Made by a program: the position numbers and the translations under genes
Sequence record: OZ035804.1
Reading direction: 5' to 3' (one strand)
Length of the DNA stretch: 45,588 bases
Source: Vectrevirus PDP21P3
Shown: piece after piece, positions 26,289 through 35,020 of the stretch
Numbering within the stretch: the first letter of the stretch is position 1
How the letters are laid out: each line of letters opens with the position of its first letter
Notes under the pieces: model-generated
Told to the model about the DNA's origin: nothing
The model's database searches: none
Seen by the model: only the letters and a program-made list of their open reading frames with translations

Positions 26289-26691
26289 GATGAAGCAATC
26301 TGAACTTGGTGAAGTTCGGGATATACTTTGTGAAAGACAAGGTTGGCGTTGCCCTATTTGTGGAGGTCATTTAAAACTTATCTCTAAAGCGAATAGAGTC
26401 GTTGACCATTCACACGATAATGTAGGTGCAGTCCGTGGTGTATTATGCCGTGGGTGCAATGGAGGTATCGGCAAGATAGAAGCGTATGCACAGTCGTATT
26501 GTAAGGCTGGCAATAATACGCTTGAGGTTATCAAAGTTCTACGTAATCTTGCGGACTACTTAGAACTCCATCGCACACCACAGACAGAGTGGATTTATTA
26601 CAAACATCAAACGGAGGCAGAGAAGCGCGAGGCTAAGAACCGTAAGGCACGCCTTGCTTATGCAAGAAAGAAGGAGGTTAAAGTTGGGTAA
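26281..26691 (+). CDS. endonuclease VII-like Holliday junction resolvase
   Basis: CPICGGHL…VVDHSHDN…RGVLCRGCNGGIG matches the T4 endo VII family pattern; GTG start 7 nt after AGGAG (alternative ATG at 26290). Confidence 0.7.
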   Translation: MRKMKQSELGEVRDILCERQGWRCPICGGHLKLISKANRVVDHSHDNVGAVRGVLCRGCNGGIGKIEAYAQSYCKAGNNTLEVIKVLRNLADYLELHRTPQTEWIYYKHQTEAEKREAKNRKARLAYARKKEVKVG

Positions 26692-27691
26692 GCTTCGCAG
26701 CTTGTACAAAGACTCCGAGGTGCTTGATGCAATCGAGCAAGCTACCGACGAGAAAGGTAATGTTAACTATAATGAGATGGCGAAGATTCTATCTAGCCAC
26801 CCTGTGGGTAAGAAGATCACCCGTCAACTTGCTCGCTATTGGCATGGTCAATTCAAGAAGACCAAGAAGAATGGTGATTACTACCAGACTCTTCTGCAAG
26901 AGGATAAGCGTATCAAAGAAGAGCGTAAGCTCAGGACTCCTGACCGCTACGAGGATTTGGCTATTGTACCATTGCCTGACTCGCCTCATCGAAGTGTACT
27001 GGTAATCCCTGATACTCATGCACCTTATGAGCACCCCGATACCTTAGAGTTCCTTGCAGCAGTGGCAGCACGTTATCGACCAGACACAGTGGTACATCTT
27101 GGAGATGAGGCAGATAAACATGCCCTGTCATTCCATGATTCGGATCCAAATTTGGACAGTGCTGGCATGGAGTTAGAGAAAGCTCGTGTCTTCATGCACA
27201 AGTTGCACAAGATGTTTCCTGTGATGCGCCTGTGTCACTCTAATCACGGCTCTATGCACTTCCGTAAGGCAAGCGCCAAGGGTATTCCAGTGCAATATCT
27301 TCGTACCTACCGAGAAGTCTTCTTCCCGCAGGGAGGTGGCGACCAGTGGGATTGGCAGCATACGCATGTACTTGAGTTGCCGAATGGCGAACAGGTGGCA
27401 TTCAAGCATCAACCTGCTGGCTCTGTCCTAGCAGATGCAGCGCATGAGCGTATGAATCTTGTGTGTGGTCACTTGCATGGTAAGATGTCTGTGGAGTACG
27501 CACGTAATACACATGAACAGTATTGGGCTATGCAGGGTGGCTGCTTAATTGATGAGTCATCCCGTGCATTTGCCTATGGGCGTGAGTCTAAATACAAGCC
27601 AGCATTAGGTTGTGTGGTGATTCTAGATGGTGTGCCGCACATTGTCCCGATGCAGACCAATAGTGACAATCGCTGGATTGGTAAGATTTAG
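26684..27691 (+). CDS. calcineurin-like metallophosphoesterase
   Basis: VIPDTHAP…HLGDEADKHA…SNHGS…GHLHG = metallophosphoesterase motifs I-V; probable TTG start 6 nt after AAGGAGG (track start 26654 lacks RBS). Confidence 0.65.
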   Translation: MGKLRSLYKDSEVLDAIEQATDEKGNVNYNEMAKILSSHPVGKKITRQLARYWHGQFKKTKKNGDYYQTLLQEDKRIKEERKLRTPDRYEDLAIVPLPDSPHRSVLVIPDTHAPYEHPDTLEFLAAVAARYRPDTVVHLGDEADKHALSFHDSDPNLDSAGMELEKARVFMHKLHKMFPVMRLCHSNHGSMHFRKASAKGIPVQYLRTYREVFFPQGGGDQWDWQHTHVLELPNGEQVAFKHQPAGSVLADAAHERMNLVCGHLHGKMSVEYARNTHEQYWAMQGGCLIDESSRAFAYGRESKYKPALGCVVILDGVPHIVPMQTNSDNRWIGKI

Positions 27692-27708
27692 TTGACACTA
27701 TAGAACAA
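27686..27708 (+). promoter_or_regulatory. phage RNAP promoter (SP6-like variant)
   Basis: ATTTAGTTGACACTATAGAACAA, one mismatch from canonical SP6 promoter core as remembered; followed by hairpin and TGATTGTGTAGTG motif. Confidence 0.55.
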
Positions 27709-27759
27709 AGGGCAGGTACTAGCTTGCCCTTGATTGTGTAGTGAATGGAGGAATTAATT

Positions 27760-28230
27760 ATGTCAAAGATTGATATTGGCGAATACGTCGTACGCCGTGC
27801 AGCTTACCGAGATGCCAACTGGAATAAACTGTGTGAAAGCTTAAACAAGAAACCAGATGAGGTATTCAAAGTATCCCGTGCAGAACCTAATTATAACTCT
27901 ATCATGTTAGAAGGTGTGGAGAAGCGCGAATGGTATGCACCTTACTTCAAGGTTGTTGACTCATTGCAAGGTGAAGATCCTGACACGTTGGACAACAATA
28001 TGGTTACTAAACCCAAACACTACGAGTTCTTCGATGGCGTAGAAGCAATCACTATCATTGCCCGCAGCATGACTGAGAAGCAATTCGCTGGGTACTGCAT
28101 GGGTAATGCTTTGAAGTATCGTCTGCGTGCAGGTAAGAAGTTCAATACTGAAGAAGACCTGAAGAAAGCAGACTACTACAAAGAATTATTCCATAAGCAT
28201 CGTCACGAATGTATTGATGAGGATATTTAA
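27760..28230 (+). CDS. conserved phage protein of unknown function
   Basis: 156 aa; ATG after GGAGGA; pattern KPKHYEFF…GNALKYRLRAGKK…ADYY resembles a widespread phage DUF (unverified, from memory). Confidence 0.55.
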   Translation: MSKIDIGEYVVRRAAYRDANWNKLCESLNKKPDEVFKVSRAEPNYNSIMLEGVEKREWYAPYFKVVDSLQGEDPDTLDNNMVTKPKHYEFFDGVEAITIIARSMTEKQFAGYCMGNALKYRLRAGKKFNTEEDLKKADYYKELFHKHRHECIDEDI

Positions 28231-28231
28231 T

Positions 28232-28405
28232 ATGGAAGGTAAGTTGTATAAAGGGTACTTTGGTAACTTATATAAGATAAGTGCTCGCGGTTTTGTATTA
28301 GTATCTTATGATGAAGGTGCAATGTGGCACTTAAGTTCCTATGGTTCTGACTTAGCATTCTTTAAAGATGCAATATACTCTGGTGCTGTGAGGGTAGTGG
28401 AATGA
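28232..28405 (+). CDS. hypothetical protein
   Basis: 57 aa from ATG after GAGGA; stop overlaps ligase start. Confidence 0.35.
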   Translation: MEGKLYKGYFGNLYKISARGFVLVSYDEGAMWHLSSYGSDLAFFKDAIYSGAVRVVE

Positions 28406-29349
28406 ACATCTTCCAATTTCTAGGTCTTCCAGAAGACCACCGCAATCACCCATTCATGCTAGTGAAGCATCGCGGTGAAGTTCCTGAGAAGAAACTTACT
28501 TTTCCATGTTATGCACAGGTAAAACGAGATGGTATCTTTTCTGCTGTTGTTGTTCGCACTGATGGTTTCGTTGGCATTTTTGGTCGCACTGGTAAGAAAT
28601 TGGCAAACACTGAAGGACTCGAACAAGCCTTTGCTACCTTTCCGGTTGGCATTTATCTTGGTGAGCTTCAGTCTATGGCCATTGATATCTACCTTGAGGC
28701 AATCTCTGGGGTTGTGAACCCCAATCGCACTGAGCCACTTGATTTCATAGGCCAGCAGATTAAAGACAACCTGTATATCGACTTCTTCGATATGTTAACT
28801 ATTAAGGCATTCCATGATGGATTCACTGATGTTTCTTATCTCAAACGTTACGATGCTTTACATCGCCGCATCGGCGCTCATCTTAGCGGGTACAACGCTA
28901 TCCTTCCTATTACTCCTTGCCATAATGAGCGAGAAGTTGAAGCGTTTGCGCAAGAGCAAATAGATGCAGGCCGAGAGGGTGCTGTGTTTAAACTTGACGT
29001 GGAGTATGAAAGTGGGCACAAGGGCTATCGTCAAACGAAGATCGTTCGTATGGTATCTTACGACCTCACCTGTATTGGGTGGGAGGAAGGAAAAGGTAAG
29101 TATAAAGGTAAAGTAGCTAACCTCATTTTCAAATGGAAAGGAGGCAAGTCTGTTAAGGCTATGCTGGGTCGTGGCTGGTCACATGAGGATGCAGCCCAAA
29201 TGTATCACGATATTAAGCACGGTGGCGAACTGAACGTCATTGGGAAGATCTTCGCTGTCAAGGCGTTGCAGGAATCTAGCAAGGGAGTCCTGAGACTTCC
29301 CAAGGTTTCTGAATTACGCCACGATAAGGAGGTTCCTGATGTTTATTGA
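28402..29349 (+). CDS. ATP-dependent DNA ligase (T7 gp1.3-like)
   Basis: adenylation motif I AQVKRDG (KxDG), EGAVFK motif; size 315 aa. Confidence 0.8.
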   Translation: MNIFQFLGLPEDHRNHPFMLVKHRGEVPEKKLTFPCYAQVKRDGIFSAVVVRTDGFVGIFGRTGKKLANTEGLEQAFATFPVGIYLGELQSMAIDIYLEAISGVVNPNRTEPLDFIGQQIKDNLYIDFFDMLTIKAFHDGFTDVSYLKRYDALHRRIGAHLSGYNAILPITPCHNEREVEAFAQEQIDAGREGAVFKLDVEYESGHKGYRQTKIVRMVSYDLTCIGWEEGKGKYKGKVANLIFKWKGGKSVKAMLGRGWSHEDAAQMYHDIKHGGELNVIGKIFAVKALQESSKGVLRLPKVSELRHDKEVPDVY

Positions 29350-29464
29350 TTTGAACGAAAAACAGCTTGAATTGTTAATAGAAGCCATTGAGCAATACTA
29401 TTACATGTGTGGCTATCAGTCAGAAGAATTAGACTCCTTATATTCACAACTAAAAGGAGGTTAA
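29339..29464 (+). CDS. hypothetical peptide
   Basis: 41 aa ORF overlapping ligase stop; weak. Confidence 0.25.
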   Translation: MFIDLNEKQLELLIEAIEQYYYMCGYQSEELDSLYSQLKGG

Positions 29465-29466
29465 TT

Positions 29467-29664
29467 ATGTCTTTTGATTCTATGAAGGCAACTCGTGCTG
29501 TTGAGGTAGCAGAGGCCATCTTCGAAACTCTATCCTGTGGCATGGAAGTGCCATATACTTTACTGGCTGATGCAGAAGAACTTGGTCTTTCTGTAGAAGC
29601 TATCCAAGAGAAGGTTGAGGAATTATATGGCACAGACGAAGAAGAAACCGACGATTTCATTTGA
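29467..29664 (+). CDS. hypothetical acidic protein
   Basis: 65 aa, ATG after AAAGGAGG (track start 29407 is upstream). Confidence 0.4.
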   Translation: MSFDSMKATRAVEVAEAIFETLSCGMEVPYTLLADAEELGLSVEAIQEKVEELYGTDEEETDDFI

Positions 29665-29797
29665 AGGGATGGAGATGCTTGAGATGATTCTCAAGCCTTC
29701 TTCTCCTAAGGTGACTAAGACTCATGAAGAGTTAATCGTTGATGAAGTTAAGCGTTACATCATGGATTGTGTCAGAGCACAACTGGTGGTCCAATGA
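29627..29797 (+). CDS. hypothetical protein
   Basis: 56 aa from ATG after GAGG; overlaps neighbours. Confidence 0.3.
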   Translation: MAQTKKKPTISFEGMEMLEMILKPSSPKVTKTHEELIVDEVKRYIMDCVRAQLVVQ

Positions 29798-30255
29798 TAC
29801 GTCCAGCTTCCTTCCTAGATATTCCTGAGATTATAAACCTTGGGAATAAATATGTGGAAGAGGAAGTCAAGGTAGTAGCCCATCACTCAGCCTCATGGAA
29901 TGCAGAACAAAGCGCACATAATCTTTGCGCATCTCTTAGTAGAGAAGATTTATTCCTATGGGTAGCTGTGGATGAAGGGCAGATTGTAGGATTCCTGTGG
30001 GCTGGCTATCACGAGTTAGCCCCTTGGACGCCTGTAAGAGTTGCCTCTGACATTCTCTTTTACATTATACCAGAGAAACGAGGGACACTACTCGGTATGC
30101 GTCTCATTAAGGCTCTTAAACAATGGGCCAATGAAAGTGAATGCTCTGAGGTTCGTCTATCTATCGCCTCTGGTATTAACGAAGAACGTGTCGGACGTAT
30201 GTATAAGCTACTTGGCTTTGAACCGTTTGGCACTGTGTATAACCTGAAGTTCTAA
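29794..30255 (+). CDS. GNAT-family N-acetyltransferase
   Basis: 153 aa; QIVGFLWAGY…RGTLLGMRLIKALKQWA region fits the acetyl-CoA binding motif (R/Q-x-x-G-x-G/A) of GNAT enzymes. Confidence 0.65.
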   Translation: MIRPASFLDIPEIINLGNKYVEEEVKVVAHHSASWNAEQSAHNLCASLSREDLFLWVAVDEGQIVGFLWAGYHELAPWTPVRVASDILFYIIPEKRGTLLGMRLIKALKQWANESECSEVRLSIASGINEERVGRMYKLLGFEPFGTVYNLKF

Positions 30256-30264
30256 GGAGATAAC

Positions 30265-30474
30265 ATGGGTGTTGTAAAGAAAGCATTTAAGGCTATCGGT
30301 CTTGCTCAAGATGCACCACGTATCGAAGCTAAAGTACCAGCGCAGCAGCTTGAGCGTAAGCCTGAGACTGAAGCTGAAGATATTCAGATTGGTGCAGGCG
30401 GTGATGATGCGACTGCATCTGCAAAAGGTAAGCGTGGCCTTGTCCGTCCGGTAGCTTCTAGCTTGAAGGTGTAA
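30265..30474 (+). CDS. hypothetical small protein (possibly gp6.7-like virion protein)
   Basis: 69 aa, RBS AAGGAGA, immediately upstream of portal. Confidence 0.4.
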   Translation: MGVVKKAFKAIGLAQDAPRIEAKVPAQQLERKPETEAEDIQIGAGGDDATASAKGKRGLVRPVASSLKV

Positions 30475-30475
30475 T

Positions 30476-32026
30476 ATGAAACAGAGCGCAGATTTGGAGT
30501 ATGGAGGTAAGCGGTCTAAGATACCTAAGCTATGGGAGAAATTCTCCACTAAACGTAGCTCTTTCCTTGATAGGGCGAAGCATTACTCCAAATTAACCTT
30601 GCCCTATCTGATGAATGACAAAGGTGATAACGAGACTTCGCAGAATGGATGGCAAGGTGTAGGTGCTCAGGCAACTAACCACCTAGCCAACAAGCTAGCG
30701 CAAGTGCTATTCCCTGCACAGCGCTCCTTCTTCCGTGTAGACTTAACTGCACAAGGTGAGAAGGTTCTTAATCAGCGTGGCCTGAAGAAGACAGAGCTAG
30801 CTACTATCTTCGCTCAAGTGGAAACACGGGCAATGAAAGAGTTAGAGCAACGTCAATTCCGGCCTGCTGTAGTGGAAGCATTCAAGCATCTTATTGTTGC
30901 TGGTAGCTGTATGCTATACAAGCCGAGCAAAGGTGCAATCAGTGCTATCCCAATGCATCACTATGTAGTTAACCGTGATACCAATGGCGACCTGTTAGAC
31001 ATTATCTTACTGCAAGAGAAAGCCTTACGCACCTTTGACCCAGCCACACGTGCTGTAGTTGAGGTAGGCTTGAAAGGTAAGAAATGCAAGGAAGATGACA
31101 GCATTAAGCTGTACACACATGCTAAGTATCTTGGTGATGGTTTTTGGGAACTCAAGCAATCTGCTGATGATATCCCTGTTGGTGAGGTAAGTAAAATCAA
31201 ATCAGAAAAGTTACCATTTATCCCACTGACTTGGAAGCGAAGCTATGGTGAAGATTGGGGTCGTCCTTTAGCAGAGGATTACTCTGGTGATTTATTCGTT
31301 ATCCAATTCTTATCTGAAGCGGTTGCCCGTGGTGCTGCATTGATGGCAGATATCAAGTACCTGATTCGTCCAGGTGCTCAAACTGATGTTGACCATTTTG
31401 TTAACTCTGGCACTGGTGAGGTTGTCACTGGTGTAGAAGAAGATATCCATATTGTACAGTTAGGTAAGTATGCAGACCTCACACCTATTAGCGCAGTTCT
31501 AGAGGTGTACACTCGCCGTATCGGTGTCGTATTCATGATGGAGACGATGACACGCCGTGATGCAGAACGTGTTACTGCTGTAGAAATCCAGCGAGATGCG
31601 TTAGAGATTGAGCAGAACATGGGCGGTGTATATTCCCTCTTTGCTACTACTATGCAATCGCCAGTAGCGATGTGGGGTTTGCTGGAGGCAGGTGATTCAT
31701 TCACAAGTGACCTAGTTGACCCTGTGATTATCACAGGCATTGAAGCATTAGGGCGCATGGCTGAACTTGATAAGCTGGCAAACTTTGCTCAGTATATGTC
31801 ATTGCCACTCCAGTGGCCTGAACCTGTCCTAGCTGCTGTGAAATGGCCTGACTATATGGATTGGGTACGTGGTCAAATCTCTGCTGAACTGCCATTCCTT
31901 AAATCGGCTGAAGAGATGGAACAAGAACAGGAAGCACAAATGCAAGCACAGCAAGCACAGATGCTTGAAGAAGGTGTGGCTAAGGCCGTGCCGGGTGTAA
32001 TTCAACAAGAACTTAAGGAGGCGTAA
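30476..32026 (+). CDS. portal (head-to-tail connector) protein
   Basis: 516 aa, located directly upstream of scaffold and capsid genes as in T7 gene 8. Confidence 0.85.
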   Translation: MKQSADLEYGGKRSKIPKLWEKFSTKRSSFLDRAKHYSKLTLPYLMNDKGDNETSQNGWQGVGAQATNHLANKLAQVLFPAQRSFFRVDLTAQGEKVLNQRGLKKTELATIFAQVETRAMKELEQRQFRPAVVEAFKHLIVAGSCMLYKPSKGAISAIPMHHYVVNRDTNGDLLDIILLQEKALRTFDPATRAVVEVGLKGKKCKEDDSIKLYTHAKYLGDGFWELKQSADDIPVGEVSKIKSEKLPFIPLTWKRSYGEDWGRPLAEDYSGDLFVIQFLSEAVARGAALMADIKYLIRPGAQTDVDHFVNSGTGEVVTGVEEDIHIVQLGKYADLTPISAVLEVYTRRIGVVFMMETMTRRDAERVTAVEIQRDALEIEQNMGGVYSLFATTMQSPVAMWGLLEAGDSFTSDLVDPVIITGIEALGRMAELDKLANFAQYMSLPLQWPEPVLAAVKWPDYMDWVRGQISAELPFLKSAEEMEQEQEAQMQAQQAQMLEEGVAKAVPGVIQQELKEA

Positions 32027-32946
32027 TGTCTTTCTCATTTAATGAACCGTCAACCACTCACCCTACTGCTGAAGAGAATCCGGCAGAAACCAAGGAGGTA
32101 ACAACTAATGCTGCTACTACTGATGTTCCTGCTGACGCTGGCACTGATGTACAAGATGACAATTCTGGTGCACAACCTATTGAAGACGCCGGAGGAGAAG
32201 CTTCTGGACAGCCTTCAGAAGAAGGAGACAATGGCGGAGAGAATGGTGAATCTAAGCCAGATGATACCGCGACCGACACCGAGGAAGTGCAATACTTCTT
32301 CGGAGAGCATGAAGTAACAGTAGACATCCCACAGGATGTAACTGATAGTCTTAAAGAGAAAGGCATTGATGCTAAGCAGGTTGCCAAGGAACTCTATGCC
32401 AAAGATGGCAAGTTTGAACTGTCCGATGCAACCAAGCAGAAGCTATATGATGCCTTTGGCAAGTTTGCAGTAGATGCCTACCTGTCTGGCCTTAAGGCAC
32501 AGAATGAAGCTTTCTTCCTGAAGGAAGCTAACGCAGCTAAGGAACTGGAAGCAGCTAACACTCAGCGCTTCTCTGATGTTTCTAAGGAAGTTGGTGGCGA
32601 AGAAGGCTGGTCCCGTCTTGAGGCATGGGCGCTTGAAGCGCTGTCCGATGATGAACTAACGGCATTCAATGCGGTGATGGAATCTGGCAACCAGTACCTC
32701 CAGCAGTACGCTGTGCGTGAACTGGAGAGCCGCCGTAAGGCTGCACAAGGTGATGACAAGCCAAACCTGATTGAACCCTCTGCACCTGCTGCTGCATCTG
32801 AAGATAACGGCCCTCTCTCGCGTGAGCAATACCTGCGTGAGATGATGACCCTTAGCTCTCGCTTCGGCACAGACAAGAAAGCTGCTGCTGAGTATCAGGC
32901 TAAACTAGATGCTCGCCGCCGCGCTGGTATGGCTCGCGGATTATAA
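32026..32946 (+). CDS. capsid assembly scaffolding protein
   Basis: 306 aa, acidic, helical low-complexity sequence between portal and capsid. Confidence 0.7.
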   Translation: MSFSFNEPSTTHPTAEENPAETKEVTTNAATTDVPADAGTDVQDDNSGAQPIEDAGGEASGQPSEEGDNGGENGESKPDDTATDTEEVQYFFGEHEVTVDIPQDVTDSLKEKGIDAKQVAKELYAKDGKFELSDATKQKLYDAFGKFAVDAYLSGLKAQNEAFFLKEANAAKELEAANTQRFSDVSKEVGGEEGWSRLEAWALEALSDDELTAFNAVMESGNQYLQQYAVRELESRRKAAQGDDKPNLIEPSAPAAASEDNGPLSREQYLREMMTLSSRFGTDKKAAAEYQAKLDARRRAGMARGL

Positions 32947-32951
32947 TCAGT

Positions 32952-32974
32952 ATTTACTGGACACTATAGAAGGG
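32952..32974 (+). promoter_or_regulatory. phage RNAP promoter (capsid promoter)
   Basis: ATTTACTGGACACTATAGAAGGG; +1 G at 32969 followed by 5' hairpin GGGAGAaatgTCTCCC. Confidence 0.75.
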
Positions 32975-33022
32975 AGAAATGTCTCCCTAAATTATCAATT
33001 TGATTTATAAGGAGGTTTATTA

Positions 33023-34228
33023 ATGTCTACGCCGAATAACCTGACCAACGTTGCAGTCTCCGCTTCCGGTGAGGTAGACAGCCTGCTCATTGAGAAATTC
33101 AATGGTAAGGTAAATGAGCAGTACCTGAAAGGTGAGAACATCATGTCCTACTTTGATGTTCAGACTGTTACTGGTACTAACACTGTAAGCAACAAATACT
33201 TGGGTGAAACCGAGTTGCAGGTTCTGGCGCCGGGTCAGTCTCCGGCTGCAACCTCCACTCAGGCAGATAAAAACCAGTTGGTAATTGATGCCACCGTTAT
33301 CGCTCGTAACACTGTTGCTCACCTACATGACGTACAGGGTGACATTGATAGCCTGAAGCCTAAGCTGGCAACCAACCAAGCTAAGCAACTGAAGCGTATG
33401 GAAGATGAAATGCTGATTCAGCAGATGCTGCTGGGCGGTATTGCTAACACTCAGGCTAAGCGTACCAATCCGCGTGTGAAAGGTCATGGCTTCTCTGTTA
33501 ACGTCGAAGTAAACGAAGGTGAAGCACTGGTTAACCCACAGTATGTAATGGCGGCGGTAGAGTTCGCTCTGGAACAGCAGCTTGAGCAGGAAGTTGACAT
33601 CTCCGATGTAGCCATCCTGATGCCGTGGCGCTATTTCAACGTACTGCGTGATGCGGATCGTATCGTTGACAAGAGCTACACCATTAGCCAGTCTGGTGCA
33701 ACCATTCATGGCTTCGTACTGTCTTCCTACAACTGTCCAGTTATCCCATCTAACCGATTCCCGAAATTTGCTCAAGGTCAGAAGCATCACCTGTTGTCTA
33801 ACGAAGACAACGGCTACCGCTATGACCCTGTTGCAGAAATGAACGGCGCGATTGCTGTACTGTTCACTGCCGATGCACTGTTGGTGGGACGCTCCATTGA
33901 TGTTACTGGCGATATCTTCTATGAGAAGAAAGAGAAGACCTACTACATCGACACCTTTATGTCTGAGGGTGCAATCCCTGATCGTTGGGAAGCAGTTTCT
34001 GTTGTGACCACTAAGCGTAATGTCACCACTGGTGCTGCTGACAGTACCGCTGCTGCACAGCATACTCAGGTTCTGAACCGTGCACAGCGCAAAGCTGTAT
34101 ACGTCAAGAATGCTGCTCCGGCAGGTGATGCCGCTGCTGCTACTCTTTCTGCTGAAGACTTGGTTGCTGCTGTCCGTGCTGTAATGGCAAATGACATTAA
34201 GCCGACTGCAATGAAACCTACTGAGTAA
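33023..34228 (+). CDS. major capsid protein
   Basis: 401 aa; own promoter, strong RBS AAGGAGG, highly biased codon usage, followed by terminator. Confidence 0.85.
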   Translation: MSTPNNLTNVAVSASGEVDSLLIEKFNGKVNEQYLKGENIMSYFDVQTVTGTNTVSNKYLGETELQVLAPGQSPAATSTQADKNQLVIDATVIARNTVAHLHDVQGDIDSLKPKLATNQAKQLKRMEDEMLIQQMLLGGIANTQAKRTNPRVKGHGFSVNVEVNEGEALVNPQYVMAAVEFALEQQLEQEVDISDVAILMPWRYFNVLRDADRIVDKSYTISQSGATIHGFVLSSYNCPVIPSNRFPKFAQGQKHHLLSNEDNGYRYDPVAEMNGAIAVLFTADALLVGRSIDVTGDIFYEKKEKTYYIDTFMSEGAIPDRWEAVSVVTTKRNVTTGAADSTAAAQHTQVLNRAQRKAVYVKNAAPAGDAAAATLSAEDLVAAVRAVMANDIKPTAMKPTE

Positions 34229-34234
34229 TACCTA

Positions 34235-34269
34235 TGCCCTATCTACCCTGCGTAGGTAGGGTTCTTTTT
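34235..34269 (+). terminator. phage Tphi-like terminator after capsid gene
   Basis: GC-rich hairpin (CTACC…GGTAG) followed by TTCTTTTTG. Confidence 0.55.
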
Positions 34270-34282
34270 GTTAGGAGGGTTC

Positions 34283-35020
34283 ATGCCTGTAATTAGACAA
34301 ACCAGTAAAGTAGGACATATGATGGAAGATGTGGCCTTCCAGATTATTGATAGTAAGCTGGAAGCGGTAAACTTGTGTATGCGAGCTATTGGTCGTGAGG
34401 GTGTGGATTCTCTCGACTCAGGTGACTTGGACGCAGAAGACGCAAGCAAGATGATTGACATCGTATCCCAGAGGTTCCAGTACAACAAAGGAGGTGGCTG
34501 GTGGTTCAATCGTGAACCAAACTGGCAGATTGCACCTGATACCAATGGTGAAGTCAACTTACCTAACAACTGCCTAGCAGTATTGCAGTGTTACGCTTTG
34601 GGCGAGAAGAAAGTACCAATGACTATGCGAGCAGGTAAGCTCTACTCTACATGGAGTCATACCTTTGATATGCGTAAGCATGTGAATGCTAATGGTATGA
34701 TTCGTCTTACCTTACTCACCTTACTTCCATATGAGCATCTACCTACAAGTGTAATGCAGGCTATTGCCTATCAAGCTGCTGTAGAGTTTATTGTGTCTAA
34801 GGATGCAGATCAGACTAAGTTAGCCACTGCACAGCAGATTGCCACTCAGCTTCTTATGGATGTGCAATCAGAACAAATGTCACAAAAACGATTGAATATG
34901 CTTGTGCATAATCCTACGCAGCGTCAGTTCGGTATTATGGCGGGTGGTTCTCAGAATGTACCTGCTTACTCTCATTCACCATATGATAGTTGGACCCTTC
35001 GTCCGTGGGAGGATCGGTAA
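34283..35020 (+). CDS. tail tubular protein A (gp11-like)
   Basis: ATG after AGGAGGG; N-terminal region resembles T7 gp11; synteny. Confidence 0.8.
   Translation: MPVIRQTSKVGHMMEDVAFQIIDSKLEAVNLCMRAIGREGVDSLDSGDLDAEDASKMIDIVSQRFQYNKGGGWWFNREPNWQIAPDTNGEVNLPNNCLAVLQCYALGEKKVPMTMRAGKLYSTWSHTFDMRKHVNANGMIRLTLLTLLPYEHLPTSVMQAIAYQAAVEFIVSKDADQTKLATAQQIATQLLMDVQSEQMSQKRLNMLVHNPTQRQFGIMAGGSQNVPAYSHSPYDSWTLRPWEDR

Noticed and set aside
33323-34063. 246-aa minus-strand ORF opposite the major capsid gene
   Set aside because: The capsid gene on + has promoter, strong RBS, biased codons and terminator; the antisense ORF has none and reflects depletion of stop codons opposite a highly biased gene.
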